A stretch of 64,000 nt of DNA from Octopus sinensis (Eukaryota). The position numbers were made by a program, and so were the translations under genes. The stretch lies in NCBI RefSeq assembly GCF_006345805.1, contig NC_042998.1:144708001-144772000 (forward strand). Direction: 5' to 3'. Every line of letters starts with the position of its first letter. Position 1 is the stretch's first letter. Under the pieces are notes generated by a model that saw only the letters and a list, made by a program, of their open reading frames with translations, searched no databases and had not been told where the DNA came from. Positions 26,801 through 40,441 of the stretch are shown here, one piece after another.

Positions 26801-29800
26801 TATGATAGTTGTAAATGAGTATATGGATAATGTGGTTCATTTCCATGAAAAACATATCCATGGGGAAATATTACTTTGCTTGGAAGCAAGTGAAGGTTGG
26901 TAACAGAAAAAGAATCTGACTATAGAAAATCTGCTTCAACGATCTCTGTCTGGGCCATGCAAGTAAGGAAAAGTGGACATTAAATAATAATAATGATGAT
27001 GATGATTGTCTTTCCTCACATAATACAAAGTATATTCCTTTTTCTAATTATGTTGATTAAAGTAACAAGCCTTGTATAGACATTTTTCAAGTCATCAATA
27101 TATATTAATCACATGAAAATTACAACTGAATAAACTATAAAGTCAATAGAATATTAGCCAAAGTATTGATATTTCATATGAAACTACCAGCAATGTACAG
27201 CCCATGGCCTAAACACTTACCTCTCATTAGATCATTCTAGTTAGCTGTAGGTACTATGATATATCTCTATGGAGTTGGCTCACACTATACTTTTGTTAAT
27301 CAATACCAATTCACTCATTGTCATACTGAAGAGGATTTGATAATAGTGTATTTAAGTTATAAAGTTTCCAGAATCTACTTACTTTAACTTTGTCCAACAA
27401 ACGCCGCTCTTTATTTTCAAGTGATGACTTACAAGAGCTTTCTTTCTCTAGCTGATTCTCAAGATCCTGTGAAACCAATGAAGTTTCCAATATAAATTCA
27501 TTCAAACAGAAGCCAACAGCACATATTTCTCAATTTTTGTATTACAACATTTGGAACATTCAGAAAGGTCATGTTACGTATCCTGTTGAACTATGGTATC
27601 ACCCCAGACGAGATTGTCAAAACCATCACTTTCATCTACAAAAACCCATCAAGCTTTGTGCAAAGCACAGACAATCCAAGTAAGTTTCCAACAATAGCAG
27701 GAATCCGTCAAGGAGACACTCTAATTCCTTTTCTGTTAGTGATTGTAGAAGACTATAACCTAAGGCAAAGTGTTGCTCCCCATCCAAGACAGACTGCATC
27801 AGCAAGCAAAAGGGATGATGTTAGCAGAGCCTGAATCTTTCTAACCATGATTATGCTGGTGATCTTTCCCTCACAGCTAATCAACCGTGTGTTGTAAAAA
27901 ACTGGTTAACATCTCTTGCGAATGCTGCAGCCTAGGTTCATCTGCTCCCCAATGCAACGAAGACTGAATGTATGACCATCAATGATGATGAAAGCCATTT
28001 ATCAATTTGTTACAACAATGGAAACACAACTCAAGGAAGTCAGTGACTTCAAATACTTTGAGTCCTATGTTACTGACAGTAACACTTCTTTACACACATG
28101 AAACAACTTTAGAGTACCTGTAACAAGCTTAAAGTATTTCAACAAGGTCTGCCTTCTTCAAGGCATTTCCTGACCATTTTTCTCTTGGGAGTCAAAACCT
28201 GGATTATGAAGAATGAGCTTTAAGATCACTTTGATGCTACAAACACAAAGCTTCTCATGGCATGAGTACAAGACCAATGAAAAGATTTATGGATACATTC
28301 CACCCATCTATGCTATTATTGCTCAACATGGGATAAGCTTTGTCAGTCACTGCTTTCAAGCTGAACAATAGGCCAGATCATGTTATATTTTGAAGATATC
28401 CACAACTACATTGATTTTATTGGCAGACATACCCAACATGTAACAGAGGATCTACCAAGGCTAATGGGAGACAGAGATTCTTGGTGCAGAACAGCAACAT
28501 ATCTCAGTTATGGTTGCATGAAGAAGGAATTTCTTGCTGTCATTCAAGCTGGAAAGTAATGCTAATAATTTAAAAATATCTAGTAGTTTCACATTTAAAA
28601 TTTCATGAGTAGAGATATTGTGGTGTAAAAATTAAAAATATTATAAAAATTATTCTTTAACACACCCAACACTGATAGTACAAAATATATTACATAAGAC
28701 ATGGAAGATAATTTTTTTTTTACTCCAAAGAATTCTAATTCTATAAATCTGTTATCATCATTACAACAGTAACCAGTGCCATACGTACCCGAATTCTATC
28801 TTGATTTCGTCGATCCTTATTTTCAGCTAACTTTCTGTCTGATGACTCTTTTTCTAATTGAGTCTCCAGTTGCTATGGAAACAAAATTTCAAAAACAAAC
28901 ATCATCTTGAAACAGAAAAATAATTAAAAAACGACAAACAAACAGAAAAAAATCAATATTTTCATAGATATACCAGTCACTAAAAAAATTTAAATATCCT
29001 TATTTTCTTTGTTGCTTATTAGAAATTCGAAGTAAATACTTGAAAAAAAAAATGCAGAGATTGGTAGTAGGTGGAGGGAGTGAATTAATTTCAAATGAAA
29101 GAAATGAAAGATAATTAATTTAAATAGTTCATCCATTAATTAGGTTTTAACCAGACACATTAATTAGCACCAAAGTAAAATTAACAGGTAAATTTCTGCT
29201 GCCAGAACAGTTAATAGTTATAAACATTATCAAGAAGAGAAGAGCCAAAAAAAAAAAAAAAATCAATATGTAAGTTTTACCTTGATCTTCTCCAAGTTGC
29301 GACGATCTTTGTTCTCAAATTGTTTTTTAGATGATGTAATATCATCCAACTTGTTCTCAAGAGACTACAAAAATATGGAAGTAGAAGGCATAATATTTAT
29401 AGATCTTGAAAAATATCAGAATATTGAAGTGTATTTTCATAATTTTCACCTAAAAACCTTTAATATGAAATACATTTTCATTAAAGATCATAATGTTTTA
29501 CCAAACAAGGCTCTCACATATCCTAATATTATTCAGTGACTCTAATATTCTAAGTTTGTATAAATGCTACTGAAGCTTCTGGTTTTAAAAATGTTCATCA
29601 ATAAGTGCATCTATGATGGTTAAAAAGCTCACTTGGTGACTGTCTTCCACCTCTTCCTTTAACACCTATTTTACATACTGGCATCGGTTGAATGGTTTAA
29701 CCAGAGCTGACAAGCAGGAAAGCTGCACCAGGTTTCTGTCTGATTTGGCTTGGTTTCTACAGCTGAAGACCCTTCCTAATGCCAACCACTTTACAGTATG

Positions 29801-32800
29801 TGATGGATGCTTTTAACATGGCACAAATGCTTTTATGTGGTGCTGGCATGAGTGTGTTTTATGTGGAACTGGTAGAGGGCTCTTGCCGGCTGTTCCTCTT
29901 CATCAAGGGGAGTGGTCTTAACACTTCTGCTGTGGAGGATAGATCTTCTTTAGTACAGCATGGTGCCAGATATCTCAGAACTTTATCATCTCTATAAGGT
30001 TCAGTGTTCTGAAGTCGTCCTTCAGTACTTTTTGCCCCATGTGTTCCATCCACTTTGAGTGATCAGCGTTTCCTATATGAAGCTGTTGACATCCATCTGT
30101 GTCATATGACCGCACAGTTTTGAATTCATTTCTACTGTGCCGTAACAGATCTAGGCTTTTTCAATGTCCTCCTGCACTAGGAAACCAGCTGAAATTCAAA
30201 CCATAGTGCTCAACTTTTCCTAGTCTAGAATCATGACCTAATATATTTCCATCAAAGGAAAAGTGTTACCATAAAATATATTAATGCCTATGCAAACATG
30301 GTTTGACCAATCAACACTGGCTGACTTATGTCTGAGGTCACAACTTCATAAGTGCAGAAGTCTGCCTGCCAATTGGATTCTAGAACCTTCTGGTTGGCAG
30401 TTATTTCAAAGGCAAGCAAAATCAACTTTGGTTTATTTTACCTAATTTTTCTCTCCTATTCACAGACCTTAACTAGTAGTGTCAATCAATGAATATTCCT
30501 TTTATACAGTGATTCATAATGCTCTGTACTTCTTTCACAATATTAATTTGTAGGATGTATGTCTGTAAACATGACATTGAGAATAGCTAAAGAACATAGG
30601 ACCACAAGCTACACTAAAATGTGTTTAATCATTCAACCATGAAATGAAAATAAAACTTATTTAATTCTTAACTTGTTGCAAATATTCTAACTCAAAAGTA
30701 CAGTCTAGTAATAATTGTTACATTATAGAAATAGACGGGATTACAGTCTTCTCCCTTACATTAAAGAGTTCCTTACTTACTTCGAAATGAATGTAAATAA
30801 GGTTAGTACAATTCTTGTGATATCGCAAGTTTTGGGACTGGCTGATTGATGAAGTTCTTTCTTGTATGATGTTGCACATGAAGTTAAGAGTTAAGACAAC
30901 TAGGTTAACTGTTAAGCTAAGCTCCAATGATAGTATCAGGTTTTGAATACAGAATATTTCAACCAACAAATTAGTTATTTAATCATCAGCTGTTCCATTT
31001 GTCAAAACAGAGATTACAATTTTAACAAATAGCAGAGGCTGAGTGAGTAAGGTAGTGGATTACAGGCTTAATAAACTTGATTTTAAATCCACCACAGATG
31101 TTTTAGTAATACTCTTTTAATCTATATCACTCCACATGCCCTGGCTGTTAGATGATTATGATTTACCTTAACAGATTCTTGTAAACGCTTCTCTTTATTC
31201 TCAGCAAGTTTCCTACCAATTTTTTCCTGTTCTAGATCATGCTCATATGCCTGTAAAAGAATAATACACCCATATATATATATATATATAAACACACACA
31301 CTAACATACATCAAGATGCACATAAACACATGCACTCAAAAAAAAAAGTTTTTTTAAAAAATATATACTTAATATATATAAAAATAGTCAAACATTAATT
31401 GAAGGCTCAATATAGTAAATATTTAGTGAATAACATCATGCTTGTTTTTACAAGGAAATGGTTAAGACTGACTTCAATGTTTCACCAGTTATTGACTTAT
31501 ATATAAATTTTATGTGCAACTAGCAGTATCGCCCGGCGTTGCTCGGGTTTATAAGGGAAATAACTATATAAGCATTTTTAGAGAGTTATAGCCAAAAAAT
31601 AGCAAAAAAATGCATTAAAAATGGAAAAAAATGATGGTAAATTTTTTTTTAAATCGTTGACTCATCGTAGACATTTTTAGAGAGTTACTTCCCTTATATA
31701 ATAGCGAAAAATGCATTAAAATGGAAAAAAATGATGGTAAATTTTTTAAAAATCGTAAACTCATCGTAGATGCGCGCTAATACCCAGAAGGGCTCGATAT
31801 GAATCATGACTATAAGATACCCGGTTTTGGTTAAACTGCACCGCAAAATGTGGGAGTAGTTAGGAATCTAAATCGCAGGAGACAGACACACAACTTCGCT
31901 TTTATATATAAAGATATATGGATTCATGGAATCTAGTGGTAATCACAGAAAAGCTCCTCTAGTGGACCTAGCTACATACCACATAGCAATCCAATGGAGA
32001 ATTGTAATGTAGAGTCAATGTAGCCAAAATCTAGTAGATCCAATCAATGAAATTATTTTATGAGGAGTATATAGAACATAAAAAGTCAGAAGGTATCAGA
32101 AATGAATATATTTCACCAGTTGATATCCGTAGGATGATGTCCATTTGGCAGTCTTCATCATGTAATAATAATTCTTATTTTAGTGTATAAGTTTAAACAG
32201 AAGTTAAAATAACTACCTTAAGGGATAGAAAATATCCAATGAATTACTGGTTTGTTACCTATTATTTTGTTGTGAATAGTAATATTCCTAAAGTAATAGA
32301 TTTAGGTATAAAACTTTGTTTATAAATATTCAAATTAAAATCCAGAAAATAGAGAAATAGCATTAATATATTTTATTAACTGCAAAAATTCAACATGTTC
32401 CCTTACAGCTGTTTCGATATTGCCCAAATGAATTAAATTCCAGTAATTAGAACATTTTTGGAGACAAAATCTCGTCAGAGGAGTAAAAAAAATAAGAAAG
32501 ACATATCGTTAGGTTATTAACATGTTATTCTTCTAAAGCATCTCAACAGAGATTATAATAAATTATTTTACATGTCTGCACTAAGATGCATGTTATACAT
32601 TGCATAGTGCTATTGCACATTTACAAATCAATGCAGATATAGAAGGCTAGCTCTTCAGATCAACAGAATATCCTGGTTGCATCAATCTTTCAATGAGTCT
32701 AACAGTTCCATCAATCTACCACTTTGGATTGCTACTTTTCAATTGAACCCCAAAAGACTGTAAGGTGAAATTATCTCAGTGGGATCTGAACTCAGAGTCA

Positions 32801-35800
32801 GAACAAATGCTGTGAAACATTCTATCCAACACTAACCACTGTGCTAATTAGCTCAGTACCAACACCAAGATCAAACTCACTGAGCTTGCTCTAGAGATGA
32901 ATAACTTGTAGTGAGGCTTCGGCCAGTCCCTTGAAAGAACGGAATACCCACATAAATGTTTGCTGGTCAATCAGCACTAGTTGGTATGTTTAAAGGAAGG
33001 TTATGTAAGCTTCCCCCCAACTTGCAATTTAAAGGTACTGGAAGGTTTTGCTCTAGGTTAAATAAATTATTTGAACTCTGAGCCAGATTCAACTTGAATT
33101 TCACAGCGAGCATTGTCACTTTGTGCCATGACATGTGCTCTAACCTCTTTCTCCTTTACTCAAAGGAGATGTGTTCAACAAAATTTGATTTACTCTGGTG
33201 TTTGATGTCAGCATATATCTCTCTATTCACTGACCTGCTCTATTTTCTCTCATTTCTATAATAATGTAAAGTACGTTCAACAAATTTAATGAGATCATTT
33301 TCTATATCTTCCATGTTATAAATCTTCCAATATTACCTATAGACACAGATATATTCTTCAACATGATATAAATACACATTTGTAAAGATACAAGATATAA
33401 ACAGCTAAATATCATAAATACATACTTATTTGTTTATGTGGTCATTCATGTCTATAAATGCAGCCTCATACCTAATTGCTTATTGTCAATGATATAATGA
33501 CTCTCACTAATTGTTAGTGTTGGTACAGTTTTTATATAGTTTGAACACCATCTAGCGCAGCTAAATGACAATCTTAACTAGTAAAATTGATCTCATGACC
33601 ATAGTTTGGTAACATTATTATCCCTGTATTTAAATTCAAACCCTCACTAAAAACAACAAAATTGGCATGAAAGATATCAAAGCTTTATCAACAAAACCCA
33701 TGGCATGATACCCTCTTTCTTGTTCACCTCTTGGAACAATTGTTTTAATCTTACCTTTATCTTATCAGTTAAACGCTGTTCTTTGTTTTCCAGTGTTCTT
33801 TTGCCACTTTCTACACTTTCTAACTGATTTTCCAAATTCTGAAAGAGAAGAAATATTTGGAATTGTCAGACACTACAACAGTAACCAGCACCACTACTAC
33901 CAACATCATCATCAAATGAAGGAAAATATATTTGAGTAGGAAGTAGCAAGTGTCACAACCATTGCTACCACCACCCATGTTCCGCTTCCTCTAAGAGGAT
34001 TTGAACAAATTTCAACTCCTACCTGAACTAATTTTACATTTCATTCTTTTGTAACCAGTGAACTAATTTTGTTTAACTGACTACATTCAACCCCAGTAGA
34101 GAAAAGCCTAAAACTGAGTCAAGAAACCTCAAAATCAAAAAAGCTGTTTCGAAACAAAATGTATGCATATTTGTCTTTAGCCAGTTTACATCAGCAGGAG
34201 ATAGAAGCACTGCTGAGAAATCTAAAACAAAAATAGATCTTTCAAAATGAAATCCCTTCCATTAGGTTAGACACTTCTTTGCTTAGAGATAGGTGAGAGT
34301 CTGTGACAGGAAGGCCATTCAGCAGTAGAATATCTGCCTCAACAAATTTTATTTGACCCATGCAAAAATGGAAAAGTGGACATTAAAATGATGATGATGA
34401 TGATATCAGTTGCATAGTGCCTGAGCTCTGAACAGAAAGCCTTGCATTTAGTAAGCTAAGATCAGCATGCAAATTTATTTTCTTAAATTTACACAGAAAA
34501 GGGAAGAGCAAACCTACAATTAACAATAGTGGTTGTTGTTGTATAAATAAAAATAATGTCCTATTTATTAAGTCACTTCTGTATCTTGTAAAGGAAAGAG
34601 ACAACAGTCAATTCTGTCAACACAACACAATATTAAGGCATGGTTTAGAAGTTTGCTTCACAAACATGTGGTTTCAAGTTGTCTCACTGTATGGCACCTT
34701 GGACAAGTGTTTTCTACAGTTCCAAGCTGATCAAGGCTTTATGAGCAGATTTGATACAGAGAAACTCTGTGGAAGCTTTTTATATATCATTGTATGTGTG
34801 TGTGTGTGCTTGTTCCCCACTCCCAATCATTTGACAACCAGTGATTTGTTTACACCCAACACCTACAAAAAAATTTGCATTTTGGCAAAATGAAACCAAG
34901 AGAAAGATACTACTCATTAAATAAATACAGGGGTTGATTTGTTTAACTAAACCTTTGAAAATGGTGCCCCAGCATGGCCACAGTTCAACAACTGAAACAG
35001 TAAATGAATAAGAGAATTTCTATATCTATCAACTCCAACAGAATGACAGGAACAGCTGGTCCCAGTAGAACAGAATATGTTACCTGTAACAATGCACTAC
35101 TGAACGAGTATCTAGGTCAGATCCCATATGTAAACCCAAAATAACTTAGGCAGCTTTACAGAAATACCTGGAACATAGGAACATCACAGTACATCTAACC
35201 TGATGTTGTGGATGACTATTTTTTTTAAGCACGTGAATGTATACATATGTGCATGCACTATGACAAGTGTGAGAAGTATTATCAATAAGATATAGTTGTG
35301 GCTCTGCCATGAGGTTATTGACAATTCCTGGATATGGAAATATATTGATAGGCTTCTCAAGCCTTTAAAAAACCCAAAAAACACACACACCACAGTTCTA
35401 AAGGAGACAGAAACCATCTTCCAGATGATATGTATATAAATACATAGAAACAGCAGTCTCAGTTATATCAGAATCAGTAGGTTTTATGAATAGAGGTAGC
35501 AGGATTCATACAAAACTGGATAGACTCTACAAGATAACATTACCAGGCATGAAGGAAGAACGAAGTGTACAGAACTCTAACAGATACACAAATAACAAAC
35601 CATTCTAACTTCCCACACAAATAACAAAAAATACAATAAGGTAGCAACATTGGTACTATGAGACAAGTCTGGTGATGCAATGAAATTTCAGAGTAACAAT
35701 AGCAGCACAAACTTCAACAGCAAAATTTGGAGGAAAGGTTACATTGGCAAAGATGATGATGATAATGATAGTGGTGGTAGTAGTGATGATGATAGGGTGG

Positions 35801-38800
35801 TAGCATTGTTGATAATGATGATAGTGTGTTGGTAACAGTGGTGATGGAGGAGGTAGTAATGGTAGAGGTGAGCATTAGAAATCAAGTACTGAATAAAGTA
35901 GCTACTGTGAAACAAAAACGACATTATATAAAAACATCCTTTGGAATAACTATAATGAGAGGCAAACACATTTGGGACTGTTCAACAGAGGATTCAATAC
36001 CTTTATATCTTAGTGTTCTGAGTTCAAATCATGGTATCAGCTTCAACAATGATTATCATTTCTTTTCATGATTAACAAAATAAATACCAATAAATACACT
36101 GAGGTTAATTAATCATGTGGCCTAGTGATTAGGGTGTAAGAAGTCCAAGAAGGCATTTATGACTGCTCACAAATACATAGCTATCAAAAACAATTAGTAA
36201 AAGCATGTTGTTAGCTACCAAGTCCTATTCACTTGCAAATGAAAGTTATAGTATAATAATATGTCATCTATAGCATTTAAATATGCGTGCATTGTATTGA
36301 GATAGAAAAAAAATCTTTTATTACTGAGGGTAGCAAAAGGAGTTTAGAGAGGGCAGAATTTCTGAAATTTATGTACAAGAATTTCTAAAATGCAGTGAAA
36401 TTAACTTAGATGAACTGAAATCCTGCTGCCACTATATAGTTTCCAAACTAAAAGGTTTTGGTTAAAACATCAAAGTGCTACCAAATAGTAATACTACTTC
36501 ACAATTATTGGTGCAGGTTAATAAGCTTGCTTTCCAACCATAGCCCTGGCCAACTAATGCCTTGTGTGAAAATCTGGTAGATGGCCACTGTGTGAAAGCC
36601 TGTCATGTGTATGTGTGTGTGTTCTCCACTCACTGCTTGAGAAATGGTGTTGGTTTGTTTACATCCCTGTAACCTAACAGTTTGGCAGAAGATTCTGATA
36701 GTATAAGTATCAGACTATATAAAGAGCCAATTTGTTCAACTAAACCCTTCAAGGCAGTGCCCCAGCCTGGCCCATGACTGAACAAGTAAAAGATAACTGA
36801 GTGTAGATATAAAGACATAAAATCTACACTTTCAGAACTTTATTCACATAATTATAGGCAATATGATTTACATTTTGAAACCCTTTGATAATAATAATGT
36901 CTACAATATTCATAATACTTACTTTTATTTTATCAATGAGTTGCTGTTCTTTACTTTCCACCATCTTCCGACCAGCATTAGCATGATCCAACTCAGTTCC
37001 TAAAGTCTGCAATAGGAAATAAAATATTTTCTGGTTTATTAAAAATCAATATAAAATTATAAGTTTGTTAGTTAATTGTATTACCATCTCTCTCTCTCTA
37101 TTCTAATTTTTCTGCTAACAGTAAAATCCAATGTCAAACATCACTGAAAATAAACATTTACTTTACATTTCCTTGGTCTATGATACTCAAGTTTACTTTC
37201 AGAAAAGAGCAATTCTTGTAATTTACAATGACTGTGTCCCACCCACATTTCATAAGAAAATTTCTCACACATTACCACAACAAACCAAATTATGTCTCTA
37301 CATCTCTTCCTCACACTTCCGCTTCATACACTATGCTTACCTCTCACTCCCCAATCTTGTCCTCTTGGCCCTGTGCCACTGTATCATTGCTCTCCACTAG
37401 TCCTCGACCTGTGTGTTCCACCTACATGCCCTGTCTCACTGTATTATCGCTAACTGCTAGTCCCTGACCGGTGTTCCACCCACATGTAACAAGAAATCTT
37501 TTCACTCACCCTACTCTAACAAACCAATCTACATCACATCTCTTCTCTTCCTCACATTTCCTCCTTCATACACTATGCTTTGCTCTCACTCCCCTGTTCC
37601 TCTGTATCATTGCTATTTGGTAGCTCCCCTGACTATACATACCCAGGTTTTCAGTACTCACTCTCTCCCCTCTGCACTCTTTAATCACATTTCCTTTGCA
37701 ATATCCTGCCACTTATATTATGGTGTTCGAACCTCAAGAGTATGCTCTGGCACTTGCCACCATCTATATCTCTCTCTTCCTTTACTCAACCATCCCATTT
37801 ATATTCTGATTCCTGACCCTTGTGAGTATGTCTGGCATTTTGCCACCATCTCTATCCTGTTGTTTCCCACTCTTACTCCTTCTGCGTTTCCCTCAGGTTG
37901 GGTAACCATGTATTTCATTTGTGGTAGCGCACCTGTTTCTGTCTTCATTCCTGCTCTCTCTGGCCGGGTAAACTTGTACTTCCCCTACAGCAAGAAACTT
38001 GTTTCTGTCTCTCCGTCTCACAATAAACTTTCATCATCCGACACAAAATCGTCTCCTCCAATGCTTCCTCCCCTCTTGAAAGCTTTTTTTTTTGTCTTGC
38101 AAGTACTCAGTGACCCTGTTAGTGTAGGTGCCACTTAAAAGCACCCAGTCCATATAATAAAGTGGTTGGTGTTCGGAAGGGCATCCAGCTGTAAAAACCT
38201 AGCTAAAACTGACCATACCTGTGCTAGTGCTATGTAAAATGCACTAGGTCCACTCTGCTGAGTAGTTGGTGTAAGGAAGGGCATCTAGCTGTAAAAATCC
38301 TACCAAAACAGTCACAGAATTCTGATGCAGGCTTCTGCCTGGCCGGCTCTTGTGAAACCGTTTCACCCATGCTAGCATGAAAGGCAAACATTAAACAATG
38401 ATGATGAGGATTAATCAACCATCGAACTTTCACTCACAAATCACCTTGTCTTACATCAACAACATTTTTACATCTACTTTCTTTCCCTTTGTTTTTTGGG
38501 GAAGATTAAGCAGGATTCAAGGCAGAAAGATGACACACTGAGCAGATCTTTGTACTGTAAAAAATTGTGCAGTAGTGCATAGAATTCCAGCAACCACAGG
38601 TCATTTATCTATCAATCATTTGGATGGAAAAAATATGAATTCTGTAGACGAGTTCAGAACAGTATTGGAGAAGTATTTTTCATCACAGACAAGTGAATTT
38701 TAGAAGAGGAGTCTTACAAATCTACCAGATAGATGAAAGAGCTGTGTAGAAAATGAAGGAGAGTATATTTTAGATTAAAAAAGAACTTTGTTTATCTTAA

Positions 38801-40254
38801 TATTGAAAAATAAAAAAAGTATGAAAAAACTGCATTATTTATGGGATGACCTAATATGCACATATATGCTGTGCTCCAGAAGACTCAGCAAGTGCAAGTG
38901 TGACCATAACCTTGTGGCCTATGCTAGGGGTGTAACCAGTCCACTTATGCGTGCCTTTTCTTCATTGGACACTAAACTCTGCTTGTGAAGACCAGTTGAG
39001 GCAAGTGAAATCGAAGTCGAAATCAAACTCGGTGACCGGCATCCATTGCTAGTGGAGCGCTAAGAATACCATACGAGCGAGATCATTGCCTGAGCAACAA
39101 ACTGGCCTTCGTGCCGGTGGCATGTTAAGCACACCATTTGAGCGTGATCATTACCCCGTCATCATCATCATCATCATTTAACGTCCATTGTCCATGCTGG
39201 CATGGGTTGGACAGTTTGACCAGGGCTGGTAAGCTGAGGCACTGCACCAGGTTCCAGTTTGATTTGGCATGGTTTCTATGGTTGGATGCCCTTCCTAATG
39301 CCAACCACTCCGAGAGTGTAATGGGTGCTTGTACATGCCACCAGCACAAGTGCCAGTTGCATGACACCAGTATCTACCATGACTACGATTTCATTTGGCT
39401 TGATGGATCTTCCTTTGCCAAAAGTCTTTGTCATTGCCTCCGTGAGGCCCAGCACTTCTTGGCTTGATGGGTCTTCGCAAGCATGGCATATTGCCAAATG
39501 TCTTGGTCACTAGTCATTGCCTCCATGAGGCCCAGCATTCGAAGACCATGCTTCACCACTTCATTGTATGTCTTCCTGGGTCTCCTTCTTCCACTGGTAG
39601 AGATTGGCACTTCTTCACAGAGCTGTACACAGCCATACACATCACATGACCATACCAACGCAGTTGTCTCTCTTGCACATCTTATGCCTCATATACCCCA
39701 CTTTTCTCTCAAGACATTTACACTCAGTCAAATCCATTCTAAATGGACAGTTATAATAATGGTGATAATAATAATAATAATATTAAGCACAACAGCTAAC
39801 ACCGCCACCACTAACAACAACAATAGTGGGGGATGGTAGTAATGTTGACTGAACATTGGTCCAATTAAAATGTGCAAATTTCTAGAGTAACAAGAGAATT
39901 CATTGAAAATAAGAGTGATGTTTACAACATTCCAAAATATAGCCTAACAATTATTCCTTTAGGTGTGGTCAAAGTATAGAATACTTGACGATACCCACCA
40001 ATCTGTGACATCTAAGCCACATGCTGATTGGTCAAAATACAGTTTGTAAGATTCAGCCTGGTGGAGCCCATCAGGGTATTTAAAGGATAAATCCGACCAT
40101 TTTGCTACAGTTGTCAATTGTGGAACACAACTGTCACTACATAAACCTGATGGTTGCATAATGCATGAAAGTACTAGGTTATTTCAATACTGTAAAATTG
40201 TAAAAATTGCAAATAATAAAACATGAAAATCAAACTAAGTTGAAATTTCATTGA

Positions 40255-40302
<48 letters not shown>

Positions 40303-40396
40303 CACACACACACATACATACATACACATTCATGTATATTACGAATGTGTACATATATATATATTGGCTAAACTGGCAAAATGACCATTCCGAAAT

Positions 40397-40441
<45 letters not shown>

